A stretch of 64,000 nt of DNA from Amoebophrya sp. A120 (taxonomy: Eukaryota; Protista; Dinoflagellata). Made by a program: the position numbers and the translations under genes. The notes under the pieces are model-generated. The model was not told the origin of the DNA. It saw nothing but the letters and a program-made list of their open reading frames with translations, and did no database searches. Where the stretch lies: the NCBI GenBank assembly GCA_905178155.1, contig CAJINV010000003.1, positions 2,499,065 through 2,563,064 of the forward strand, in the 5' to 3' direction. Of this stretch, positions 25,620 through 38,585 are shown in pieces; the first letter of the stretch is position 1; each line of letters begins with the position of its first letter.

Positions 25620-28600
25620 ATGGAGATTGAGGAGCTACCCGAGGGTTCATTCCAGTTGATCTGGAAGAGCCACCGCGAGAGATGCAGCGACACCGCGATC
25701 GAGAAAAAGATTCCGCAGTGGCGGAAGTACTGCGAGGTACGTCTCTCCAAAACCCTCACTTCCGCAGTGCCGCTTATCTCGAAGCTGGATTTGAATTCGC
25801 AGGAGCTCGGCGATCAAGGCGCGGCGAGCTTGTTTCGATGGTATTCGTTTCTCCGAGTTCGAGTTCGACCTTGACCTTGTTTGAACTTGATGAAGTCCAG
25901 CTTTCTAACTTGTCATTGTTTTTCCTTTCGTATTTCCAGATGTTATGATCCGTAAATCTAAGTACTTAAATCACCGTGGAGGTGCCGGAACAACGTAGAA
26001 AACATTAGTTACAAATCGCTTGATATATAGATTTCATTATTCGACCCAAATTCCTTCAGGCTGTTGGAGTCCAGTATGCAGGTCGAAATCTTGTCGCTTT
26101 GGCGGAACAAAATTGGCGACTATGGTGCAATGGCTCTCGGAAACTTTATCCGACAGAGCAAGAGTTTGGTCGAGATTCACATGACGCAAAATTTCGTCGG
26201 TCTGGCAGGTTTCTGCTCGATCCTGGAATCCCTGACCAAGAATCCGCAGCTGCCCAAGGTGTGGCGTTGCTCCGACGGTCTACGCTTCGAAATATCGCCC
26301 CTGTGGATACGGCTTGGCGATAATCGAATCCCCGACCCGTTGCAAGTTATCAAAGACGAGGGAAAAATTTTTCTGCAAGTCATGGGTACAGAACTTATCT
26401 GTATTGATTTCTAAACTACACAGGATTTGATTTGACTGGTTCACAGCTAAAAAGGGTTTTGTTTCATCAAGCTCCGGTGGTGATAAGTTGAAACACTATT
26501 CACCAGCTATTTACAAGCAGGAACATAGAAAGTACGCTAAACAGTTACTCGCTCGCCGGAAGAAGCGAGCACCCGATTGATTTCTAAACTACGTTAACAT
26601 GATTTTTTTTCATTTATGAGGATGACTCAATTGCTATGCTTCGCTACGATGCATGAATTGGATTGATGCTGCCACTGCCTCACTGTCTAGGACATCAATG
26701 TCGTTTACGACGTTAATCAACTGCGTCTCCGGTCGGAGCGCAAGGAGGTTCATCGATCGCGTGACCCCGACGGTTGACAAACCACATTGATGGTTTTTGT
26801 TCAACCAGAAGTAGAGTTTTATTGCCTGCTCCTGCAACAAGAAACGATTGACCCCACTACAGGCGAAAGCGATAACGTCGACCCGTACGATTTTTTTCAA
26901 GTGTGCGAAACCAAGACGCGGGAGTCCTTGCAGAGGCGCATTGCGAGCTGCCGCGAGAAGGCCCGCAAGCCCCTGGCCACTTTCCTGTACCTGCAAACGC
27001 AACGCCCAGTGGGACATTTGGCAGCCGCCCCGCCTTGTGCGCGGTTGTTGGAGCGTGTCGGCAAATTTCCGCAACCGGCAGACGCAAAAGTGGCATGGGA
27101 AACGTATCAAGGGGGTTCCACCTGCTCATCTTCCACCGCCGTCACGGTGACTGCCGGGCGCGGTCTACATCTTCAAGGTGGCAGCTCCTCTGCCGCCTTG
27201 GTCTCATCTTCTTCTCGATCCGGCACCGTCATGGCCGCTAGTTGGGGTGACCAGCAGGGACTCACCTTGTCTGGCTGTGAAACGACCTCCGGGTCTAGTA
27301 CCATTGGGCCGTCGAGCGTTGCAAACAACAAAGCCTCGTTATGAGAGTGCACAAGAACTCCCCCCCCTGCCCCTCGTTTGAAAAGCATGAGCAGCAACGC
27401 AAGCAAGAGCGGCAATTGTGCTTCCCCATGACAAAGAAAGTTGCACACGGATAGTTGTGAAAATACTTTTTGAGGTACCACGACCCAGAGTTTGTCTAAA
27501 GGTCAAGTTAAATGCAAAACGTGGAGGCGGTAATATTTTGCATATGATATTACAAATGAGGAGGAGGGTGAGTTGTGTTGAATTCTCATACTTGTCTGCC
27601 ATGTCGGTTCGCGACCACGCATGGGAGACCAAGGCATCTTGGCGCCGCACCCCGGCTACCACAGAGCAGTCCTCCTCGTCGTCCTCGAGCAGTAGCGCTG
27701 GCGCCGGTGTTCTTGGTAGCGGAACGTCCTCTGCCGCAGCTCCTGGTACGACCACGGAGCGCTCCAGAAACGTCAACGCTGCGGAGTCTGAAGTTTCGGA
27801 GAAACCCGCGATTGGTACTACTATAGTAGTATTTATTTCAACTTACTCCTGAAGTATTTTTTCAGTATTTACATGTATTTTCTTTGCAAAAAATGCAGAT
27901 CCACTCTCACTTCTGCGACTGAAGGCTGGGCTTGCACTGCAAATATTTCCACCGTTCAAAAACAGAAAAAGAAAATAGATGTAGATCAGTATGATGACAC
28001 ACACAAAGACCAACCAGCTAAAAATGTGAAGAACTCTGCAACTACACAGTTCGCCCGAAGATTTTTCGGCGGACGCAACCGACGCACACTGCGCGCTTCT
28101 GCACGTTGTTGGCGACGCCTAGCAAGCAGTCTTCTGCGGCAGGAGGTCTAGCTCCGTCCTCGGGTGGGGGCGGTCTTGGGAGCGGGAACAACAAGGCATC
28201 CTCCACCACGGAGGACCGAGAGTCCAAGCGAGCAGGAGGCAATCATGCTCAACATCAGCCCGATCATCAACATAACCAGCACGCTGGAGGAGCTACAGGA
28301 GGCGCAGCCGGTACTGCAACTACAACGTCTCGTCGCGTCCGAGTTGTTCGCGAGGTCGACGAAGAGGGGTTCGAAAGGGTGCAGCCCCGCGGTGGGTGGC
28401 GAAGCCTCAAAGCGCCCTCTGCGGCGGCGGCTTTCGTGCAGGAAAAGCTGAAGATGAAAGCCGGAAATCAAGAAGATTCAAGTCGTGAAGCTTCCACCTC
28501 TGGTGCTGCGGCCGACGCGTTTCTGCTACTTATGCGATACAAAGAACTACACGCAAGCAGAAGCAACTGCTGTGCGCGGGGAGTCTTGAATTGCTCCCGA

Positions 28601-31600
28601 GGACAATGGGTTTTCGCTCACTTGTGACTTGGCCGTCGCGTCGGGTCTCTTGTAGGTTGGCGCCCCGTGAGACGTCGTGCGCGCCGGATTGGCCACGCGA
28701 GGCAATCTCGCCAACCTTCCGCATGGGAGGGGCACACTAGGAGGCGGCCCGCCACCGAGCGCCGCGGTTTTCGGCGACGCCACTCGGTTGTGCCGTTGCG
28801 TTTGCAGTGTTCGCGATCGCTTCCCGAAGGGGCAGGTGTGGCGTGTGTGGTCTCCGAAAAGGCAGTGGAGGGCGTCCTTGCGCCCACGTTTTGGCCCCAG
28901 AAAGTGTCTGGATGGTCGGCAAAACGGCTCAAAAGTTGGGTTTTTTCTCCTCAAAAAAACCCAAAAGGTTGCTCCTCAAAAACGCCCAAAAGTTGGCTTT
29001 TTTGAATTCAATTGCGCGGGTAGGCCCAAAACAGCCAACCTGCGGCGCAGGTAGGCCCAAAACACCCTACCCGCGAAACTGAATTCAAAAATGGCGCATT
29101 TTTGGACATTTGTGTAGTTGAAAAATGGCGCATTTTTTGATCTGAAAAGGACTCCACTCTGGACATTTCGGAGCGTCTGTGTGGCCATCCAGCCACCCTG
29201 GATGCCCATTCCGAGGCCCGGAATGCATCTGCGTGGCTTGTCCGAGTGGCTTATCGCAGTGTGACTCGGCGAAGAAAAGCGCACGCGATCGGCTTGGGGT
29301 GCTTGTTCTTTCTTACTTCCGTTTGATGTTTGCTGAACCTCCAAAGCGGTTTGCTGGCCAAGCAAAGTCACGGAAGGAACCGTTGCCCGTTCCATAGCGA
29401 CAGCACAGCGGCAAAAGCACGCGCCTCACCCCGTGTGCATTAACGCGAAGGATTTGGGGCTATTGACGTCCCAAACTAATGCCTATCGCTCATCCACCGC
29501 CGCCCGGCCGAGTCATTGGGCAGTGGGGTGGATTCGCCATTGTCAGGCTCGGCCGGGGTGGGGTGCGAAAAAATCACTCCGCCTTCGTGCCACTTTTCAT
29601 CCAATTGGACGGGTTGGCAAAGCATATGGCGTCTACTCGTCGTGCTAATTTGCTTCCCCGCTCTGCTCAATTTCCTCTCCCAATTTGGCACCAAGAATGC
29701 AACAAACGCCCGTGGCGCATTTCGCAAAATTTAATTTTCTTCAATCCACATTGAAGAAAATTAAATTTTTTGGCAATAGGCCTGTTTTGCGTTTTGTCAC
29801 TCCATAGCACCGTCTTCCACCTCTGGTGCTGCGGCAGACGCGGGGAATCTCGCGGCGCAGGAGAAGGCCGCGCAAGCAGGTACGTATAATCATGGGGTCG
29901 AAGACCACGAGGACAGCGGAAGCGCTCGTGCGGCCAGCACCTCAGACATGTCCGACGAGCAGGCCAAGACGAAAATTTGTCGAGGCGACTGCTTAGAAGT
30001 GGTCCCGAAAGAGATATTAAACGAAGGGCCGGTAGTTGTGCGAACAACTCCCGCGGACGGAGCAGCTATTGAACACCAAACGCCGAAGATCAACATCCCG
30101 GAGTCTTCAGGCGAGACGAAACGGAAGCGCACCAGCAGCACGGGTGAAGACGACCTGTATGTGTACAATCTTTTGGCCGCCGGCACCGGCAGGCGGGCCA
30201 CAGAGGACAGTGTGCCGGCGGCTGATGTTGAGGAGGAGATGACGACGAAAATATTAAATGGCGTCGTTTCAACATCAACATCGTCCACCAGCCATCTCGG
30301 CAAAAACAATCCACAGTTTTCGGTAGCAGAACAACTAGAGCGGTCGGCAGAGAAAAATGATGGAACAAAAAGTACTGAACCACAGCACGACCAATTGCAA
30401 TTCCAGCAGGAAGAAGCAACATTTGGTGCAGATTGTCCACCTCCCCGATTGAGTTCCCCAAAGAACAACACGAGTTGTACTAGTACGCCACCTGCCGCCG
30501 AGGAAGGTGCAGGTATTCCTGCTGCAGACAGCAACCAATCTTCAGGCACAAGTACTGCGTTTGAGGCAAAGGCGTCCGTCGCTGCCATGGTTGTTGATGT
30601 TGAGAAGGACAGCAAAGAGGCTCCGTACAATCCAGGAAGCACCACGTCCACGCGGGCACCCGAAGACGACCACATTCTTCGCATGACGCAGCTACAAGAA
30701 GACTTAAACGGAGTCGTTTCAACATTCTCTTCATCTGGCGTGCCAGGAGCTTCGGCGACGAGTAATACCACCAACAACCCGGCAGCGAGCGCCGCGACGG
30801 CCGCAGCTTGTACAACAACTCTGCAACCGAACATGATCAAAACCACCTTTATTCACACGAGCGACGGCAAGATCGTGCCTAGTACGACCACGGCGACGAA
30901 CAATACTAGCTCTGGCACTGCAGGTGCAGGTGCAGCTCATTCCGGAGGTGCGACGTGCATCAGCAACCCGATTACGCCGGCTAGTGCGACCTCCAAGACG
31001 ACCCCCAGCGGAGCGGTATCCGGCTCCACCTTTGCCACCTCTGTTTTCGGGAGCTGCAACACGAACACCATGTCGAGTGGTGGGGGAGGAGGGGCGGGCG
31101 CCGACATATTGCAAAGCATCGGTCTTGGCCTGCCCCCTTTGAAAATGATACCCAGCAACAACAGTCTCACCTCGACATCCCAGGTGGTCGAGAACACAGA
31201 CAGCACTTCCATTGTGGCGAGCAGTTTATTGTGTGGCAACACGACGAACAAAAACGCGTCGTCCCACGTCGTAGACGCGTCCACCTCTCATGGAGGACGT
31301 ACCGAACAGAGCCGCGATATTGAAGATGCTGTTAGCGGCGACAAGGACAAGAAAGCCGCTTTCTCTGGTGACGAGCAAATTGCCCAAGGTGCGGCCGCCG
31401 CCCCGAGCGCGTCGGGTTTGCTAGTACCAGGAGGAACACTACTAGCGGGGCCACCTCCACCGACCACGTCTGCTGCCAGTGGTCACAGCATCAATCTTGC
31501 TCAGATGTTTGGTTGTTCCCCGGCAGCTCCTGGTGCCCTCGGCAGTACTAGCACCGGTGCGACGCCGGTCGCCGATTCTTCGTCGAATTCGATGCAGCGT

Positions 31601-34585
31601 GCCGTTCCAGGGACGGCCCAGCCAATGTTTCCCCCAGGAGACCAGCCGCAGCAGGTAGCGCCCCCAAACATGCCCCCGCCAACTCTTCCCCCGGTGCAGA
31701 CGACAACGGCGTTGTCTTCCACGAACACCTCCACTGCCAACACGCCACTGCATACGAGTTCTGTAATGAACCCCACGTCTGTGGTATCGGTGCCGCTTAA
31801 TATTATTAACGGGGGCGTGACCACCAGTACACCGGCGACCGTGGCGCAACTTCCGACTGGAAACAGCAACCCGGGGTCTTTGGTCTTCAACGCTGCGGCG
31901 GTGGGCACAACTTCCTGCTTCACGCTGAAGGCTCAGCATTTCGTTCCGTCGAACGGCGCTGCGGTGGGTGGGGTAGGAGCTGCAGCCACGACGGGCAACC
32001 TGGTAGCAGGAACTCCGGGAACCGCCAGCACGCCGGCTCACGTGGTCCATGTTAATACCGCGTCGACCCCTAATGCAGTGCTGGGCATGACGAGCGAAAC
32101 CTTTTTGTCGCAACAAATCGCAACCGCGCAACAGCAGCAGCAACAGCAGCAACGCAATGCCGCGAACCTGACATCAACAGCTGGCGCTGGTTGTACACCT
32201 GGTGGTGCTGGAGCCCCTTCTTCCGGAGCAGGTGTCGGGGTTGTTCCAAATCAACAGCCACTCGCCTCATGCGGTACCTCTTCTACCGACGCTGGGTCAG
32301 CATCCGCCACGGCAGGTGGTGGAGTTCCTGTGGGGTCGTCGACCTCGACCACGACGTCCCAGAATATTAACACGCCTGCTCTCGTCGGAGCCGGTGTTGT
32401 AGTGCCGAACTACAACCAGTACAATCCGTTTGTAAACAACAGCGCCAGCAACACGACAGCCGCTTCGCTCGTGACCTCCTCGAGCAACACAACCACCACG
32501 TCTACGGGCGCCGGCAGTTGTAGTGGTCAACCGTCTCAGCAGCTGCGAGTCGACTACAACCAGTACATTTCGACGGGGGCATATGAGAATGCACAGTTGG
32601 TCCCCCCGCCTCTCATATGAACAAAGGCATGAACTACAACAGCAATAGAAGAAGACGCACCAGGAAATTAAGTAAGTACATAGTACAGGCTGCGCATGAC
32701 AACGACAAGCTCCCGCGCAGACTGTAGCGCCGTCTGGCCTTCCGGAATTTATTGTCATGCAAACAATGCCAAAGCGCAGGTCAGACTCAGATGCAGAATC
32801 TGGATTTGGTATACCTAGGTGTAATGAGGAAGAGCAGGGGATATTGTGCACTCTCATAGTGCACCTTCCGCTGGCGGAGCACCTGCTGCAACCTACGGGC
32901 AGTTGAGCCATTTCGGGGCCAACAACATGCAACCGCTGCAGATGCCCAATTTGGTACAACATCAACTGAGCAGCCAACAGATGATGCAGTTGAATGGTAT
33001 GAATTCTTACGGGAATGTGGTCGGCGTCGGCAACAACCTGTTGTCCACGTACAATAACAACGGTGGTGTCGAACAACAGCAGAATCAGATGAGCCTGAGC
33101 ATGACCAATACGTCGGGCGGGGCCGGGGGAGGGCACCAGCCCCAGCAAGTGCACCAGCACCCGACCAATCTTCAGAATGAACTACCTCAGCAAATAAACG
33201 TCGGAGGCTCGGGAGGTGGCGGGGGTTCCACCTTCAATTTTAGTAGTGCCAGAAACGCGACCGAGTGGGTCCCTGGAGTACATAGCGGAACGACCACTGG
33301 TGTTCCTGGCGTAGTATCTTCCAGCACTGGAGGAGGACAACAAGTACAAGCGTTTGGCCATCTGACTACGCAGCCGCAGCAGCACGACCAAAATACTACT
33401 ATCCTGTACAGCAGTGGGGCGCAGCTGCAGCACCAGCCGCAGCACCAGTTGATGAACAGTACTGGTCAGCTGCAACAAAACTCCTGTTATTCACAGCAGC
33501 AGCACAACAACATGAGCATGGTGAACACGAGCTGCTCCAACCAAGTCCAGATGGTGCCACAACTACAACCCTATGTTGCTGCCGGGTCAGCACACAACTC
33601 CTCGCAACAGCATCGCGAACAACTGCATCAGCCGTATGGAACAACAACGCATGTCGGGCAGGCCTCGCACGTGATCGTGGGCGGGACGAATATTCTGACA
33701 GCGTCGATGAATCAACATCCCTCGTTTCTTATCAACGGTGGTGGACAAGGACAACATCAGAACGTTGCGCAGCAGCCTTACCGCGAGAATGTGAGCGGAA
33801 AAAATGGGATGCTGTTGACGACTGCTGACAACTGTTACACAACGCAAATGCCACTTAATAACGCGAGTGGGTCTTGTTCTGGAGCGACGCCGATGAACAC
33901 GAATCAGAAATGGCAGAACAACCGAGGAACTACGGACCAGCGATCGAACAAGCACCAGCAACGCTATAATTCGAGCAATAACAGCAGGTATGGCGGAAGC
34001 AGCTGCAATAACACCAACACGATGAACACGAGCGGCAACCGCGGTCACCAAAATTCCTGCGCGAACAACTACGTCCAGGATGAGAATATGCCACCATCGG
34101 ATAATTTTTTCCAGAATAGCAGCTACAACAACTACAACAACCAGCAGCAGCATCAGCCGCCGCCGCGCCCATCCGAAACGAATCGGCCACTGATTCTGAA
34201 CAAAAACAGTGGGATGAATGTGATGAAGCACAGCACGATGACCACGCCGATGTCGTCTGCGAGCCCGATAGCGGAACAGAGTCCGTCTGATAGCGCCGGG
34301 GAGCAGCATCAAGCGCCCCCCCGGGAACAAGATGGTACTAGCGTCCTCCTTCCGCAAAACAAGCACGTTGTACACATGTCCAGTAGTGGCACTAAGGAGA
34401 AAATTCAGCGCAAGAGGAAGAAGGCGCGGGCGCTGCCACCGCAAAATGTGGTATCAAAGGGAAGCAGTGGTGCATCCAGTAAGATCCTCGGAACCACAGA
34501 TGAACTTGCAATCATCTCCTGTGGAGTGGTGCTACTGTGCTTTCTTTGCTATGTGTGTCTCTGTGTGGTCTGTCTCGTCGCGTGA
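25620..34585 (+). CDS. RNI-like leucine-rich-repeat protein with a very long S/T/Q/N-rich low-complexity C-terminal region (possibly more than one gene)
   Basis: LRR motifs LDLNSQELGDQGAASL, LSLWRNKIGDYGAMALG, IHMTQNFVGLAG, IRLGDNRI in 25620-26400. Co-oriented ORFs 26787, 27601, 28106, 29948 and 32846 follow. Joins only partly resolved. Confidence 0.55.
28491..29842. repeat. 1.3-kb GC-rich segment bounded by a 29-bp direct repeat
   Basis: CTTCCACCTCTGGTGCTGCGGC(C/A)GACGCG at 28491-28519 and 29814-29842; internal short repeats; perfect 20-bp hairpin at 29726-29769. Confidence 0.75.
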
Positions 34586-35211
34586 AATGCGAGAAAGAAT
34601 TTGTTTAGGCGTGAGTGCCCGTCCCCGTGGCAGCGCCTGACCAATCACAATCCACAGGAGGGACATATTGATGCGGTGATTCTGAATGTGAAGTATTGCC
34701 CTCTGTGTAGTAGTTTTCGATATGTGCACCACCACGATTTGTATACAGAAATAGAAACTCAGTTTCTTCATCAAACAGTGATTTCCTTTTCGGCTCCGTA
34801 CGGTTATTGACTGTAGATGTCACCCTTTGCTCCTCGCATATGTGAATGCTATCGTCTCGCAATCCCCCGGTTCCTCGAAAGGCAAGCACAAGCTCGCGGA
34901 AGATGACGCTCCACTAGGCACATCCCTCGATGTACAGAAAGTTGTTTTGCCTGTTTTTTTGATGTTTTGCTGCGGAATTCAAGTCGACTGCTTGAGGTCA
35001 AGTTTTATGCGATGACTGGAAAGATTAAGATGCATAAGATTAAGAACTCGCAATGTAACCTGCAATGCCTGATGAAGGTAAGTGTAAGTGATGAAGCTGA
35101 CTTAGTCTTGCTTGTGTATACAACTCGTTTATTTGTCGTAGGGTGTTAACACTAAGTAACTGGGCTCCTCATTGACAACTTCGCGCAAATTGATTCCTTC
35201 CCATGCATTAC

Positions 35212-35368
35212 AGACTGACATTCCGGCACCAGATGCAGATGTGAAAGATCTGCTCATTAACTCTGCGGGGTGGAATGGTGACAAGAACGCGGCCGACCTG
35301 GCCTGGCAGAAGAGCGGAGGCGATTTCGGCGACGCTGTCAAGCTGCTCACAAACTGGAAGCAAAAAGG
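35212..35368 (+). CDS. exon of an unresolved multi-exon hypothetical gene
   Basis: AG-preceded, GT-followed coding-like stretch TDIPAPDADVKDLLINSAGWNGDKNAADLAWQKSGGDFGDAVKLLTNWKQK. Confidence 0.35.
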
Positions 35369-35796
35369 TACTCACTGGAATCTCGAAAAAACTAGAGAGA
35401 AACGTAAAGGCAGTGGAGGTTTCCGATGGGATACATGAAAGATACAAAAATCTGCATGCGGCTCTGGGTTGAAGATAAATCACTTCCTTTTATTGCGATT
35501 ATTCTTCCCTCCGGAGAACGCAGCCCGAGAAAACGTGTACATAGGTAAAAAATGAGCGTCAACAGATTGATTTCCGTAGAAATAGAACATAAAAATGATG
35601 AAATAATCCAGGTGGAGCACCATCCAAGAGTGCATCGGCACATGGAGGCAAGGATCGTAAGGTGAAAGCATAGCCAAGCGCGGTGGGACCGTCGCAGGTA
35701 CTTCGTATTTGGATGAAAGTCCTCGTGTCTTTTTTTTACAAAACGGTCGGGCTTGATAAAATTTTTCTGTACTTTCCAGGCAAAAAGATTTGTAGC

Positions 35797-37003
35797 AAGT
35801 CCAAATTTTTGTCCATTTTTACATCACAGTCGTTCAGAATCAATAGTTTTATTGACTATAGACAGATAAGAACTTGACTCAAAGGCTGTAGGGAAAAGTT
35901 GCGGAACCCTTAAACAGGCTCTAAAGTTGCGAGTCAACCTGCAGCAAACCTGGAGCAAACCCCTAGAGCTTTCAAAAATGGCGCTCCTTTCTGATCGCGA
36001 ATACGCACAATATTCGACCCAAAAGATGGAGGTCGACCCGTAGGGAGCAAGCAAAAACCATGAAAAGCGCGATACTTTGGACGCGTTGAACCTGCATGCT
36101 GTTACGACAAAACCTGGAGCTTTTCTGGGGCTCGAGCTCTAGAGCTTTCCACATATGCGCGCTTTTATTTTTCGAAAGTGCCTGCTGCTCTGAAAATATC
36201 TACGACAAATTCTCGGCGGTGTGGCCCCAAGGCACGTGGCGCGAAGGGCCTCGCTCCGCCGCGCCTGTGGCGTATGCGTATGGGCAGGGGCTTCAGGATA
36301 GGCCGGCGGCATTCTGCCTGGATCGCCAAGGGGCGGCAAACTGAAACGCGCGCGGCCTCGAGACATGGCCCGCCCTAACTTCTTCCCACACGGGCGGAAA
36401 ATACAGGAGAGCTTGACACCTTCGGCCCCGTTGAATTTATTCCCGGCAAAGTTGTGCGCGCCTCCGCTTTGGCCGAATTCGCGCTGTGGCTGGCTGTTCG
36501 AGGCGTATTGTCTGAAAATCTGCGAACCCGCGCAAACGAAAAGGGGGGCGGGGCTCCCGTCGAGGGGGCTTTGGGGGGCCCCCTTTCGGGGAGATGCCAC
36601 TCGGGAGTAGCATTGTGAAAAGGCCCAACAGGGGGGGGGCTTCGTTTGGGGGACCCCTAGGGGGCACCCCACAAGCATTTCGGTTTGCAGCCCAGGAGGG
36701 AACTCTGCTGGCCTCCGGGCAAAACAGTTAGCGCGAAGAAACGCCCCCGGAGACCCAGGGCCGGCAGGGTGCTGCGGCCGCGGCATCAATGTGTGTCATC
36801 GGCAATACCGCGCGCGGCGTTTGATTATTCAAAGGCCACGCGTGGGCGCCTGTTTCGTCTGTTGAGGCGCGGGCCTATTGTTGGCTCCAGGCAGCCCGCA
36901 GCACCTCTGGCCTTGGGCTGGCCACGTATTCATTGCTGCCATTGAACCGGCAGCACTTGAAGTCCAAATTTTTGTCCATTTTTACATCACAGTCGTTCAG
37001 AAT
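35797..37003. repeat. 1.1-kb GC-rich segment bounded by a perfect 44-bp direct repeat
   Basis: AAGTCCAAATTTTTGTCCATTTTTACATCACAGTCGTTCAGAAT at 35797-35840 and 36960-37003. Confidence 0.8.
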
Positions 37004-38585
37004 ACTTACACTTGATATGGCACCACGACCGTTAGCAGAAATTCCGTTGCCAAGCATGCTCTAGTGCACCAGTAATGATACAACCACAACAAGACCGCGT
37101 GAGTCTGCTGAATGAACAAGTTTCAGTCATGCTCCCTGCCGGTCGATACTTTTCGAAAAAGCACTAATGTTCTACTCCATCCAAGTTTGTTTTTGTGCAA
37201 ACACCACCATCCATCCCCTCAGCGCGAGGCCTAGCACCAGCTCCCTTGATGAAGACGGGAAGCTACCTAATAACGATAGTAGTGATCGACGATGAAATGT
37301 TTGATTTTTTTAAAAGACCTGCCGGCCAAGTAGTGCGCCTGCGATACAGAAATACTCCTTCTTTTGTGGCGCTGGGTATCAGTATCACCGAAAAAGGTGT
37401 TTCAATTTAAACAAAATTTGCGACGTTATGACGCATGCAGGACGACAGAAGATACGCATACCTACACTTGCATTGCGTAGCATGGAGACGAGGAGATATT
37501 CTTTATCCCGCAAGAACGCAACAAGCAAAAAGCCACGTAAGCGCAAGCACTTTTTCTTTATTTGTCTTTCTCCGACAGCTCTCAGCTTTACTCTGTTGGA
37601 GAAAATGAGATAAAGCAAATATTTTTTTCGTAGCATCCAGTGTTTGTACTTCAAATATACCTCCTGGTGCTGCGATCGCTATCAGGTACCAGGCGACTTT
37701 CATCTTCCCTATACGTATACATAGATATAAAAGTAAATCTAAAAAGTCTTTATTCGGTATTGGTTTCTTGCCGATCATTTCAACATCGTGAGTCAAAAGG
37801 ATTCATCATCTTCACCATCTGCGTATTTCCGCTGTAGTTTGTTGAAAAAGTGAAAAACGAAAAATGTGTCATCCCACCCATCTTTGATGTCATGCCTTGT
37901 TTCACCTCTACTTTTGAACTCATTTTTTATGAGAAAAAATATCAACGTATTGAAAAAGAATTTTGTCAATTATGATTTTCATGAATCACCCCTTGGCTTT
38001 GTCCTCATCGATGCTCGTACAAAAATGGATATCGACCTTTCTTGTGTACCTTTTGTATTTCAGTAAATTTAGCTGGAATAAACGATTCATATTCAGGCTG
38101 ACTCCAACAAAAGAGACGGCGCAATCGAAGAAGATGATCAGATCTGTCACGAAGGCAGGAGCGAAGGTGTTGTTGTGTGTTTAATTTCTGACAGCAGATC
38201 GTGGCATCCACGGGACATTGTGAAAGAGGATGTCCTTCCAAAAAACTTGTGTGATAGAAGATGTGATTTCGATGCAAGCGGTACAAGACTAGAAGCTTTC
38301 TCCGGATTGTTGTTACCAAAGGCTGTTTAATATTTCTCTATCGCGTATTCAGTGTGGAAGCGGCGTGGATTTCAATTTAGTAAGTAATACCACTTGATGT
38401 TGATGATGCTTTTTACTATAATTTTCTGAAAATACTCCGCTAGAGCTGCATAGGTTCAGGTTTGTTCTTAAGTTTGGATTTATTGAGTTGTAGTTGTTCT
38501 TCTTTGTTCGGCTTGTTTCGATCGGCGTCGCTGCTTTTAATCTGTATCTCAGCGCTCTCATCACCCCAAAAAGAAACAAAAGCAG

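Noticed and set aside
29890-34444. Long minus-strand ORFs (e.g. 29890..30846, 32297..33160, 33587..34444; likewise 38601..39269)
   Set aside because: Antisense shadows of GC-rich + strand coding sequence; no motifs of their own.
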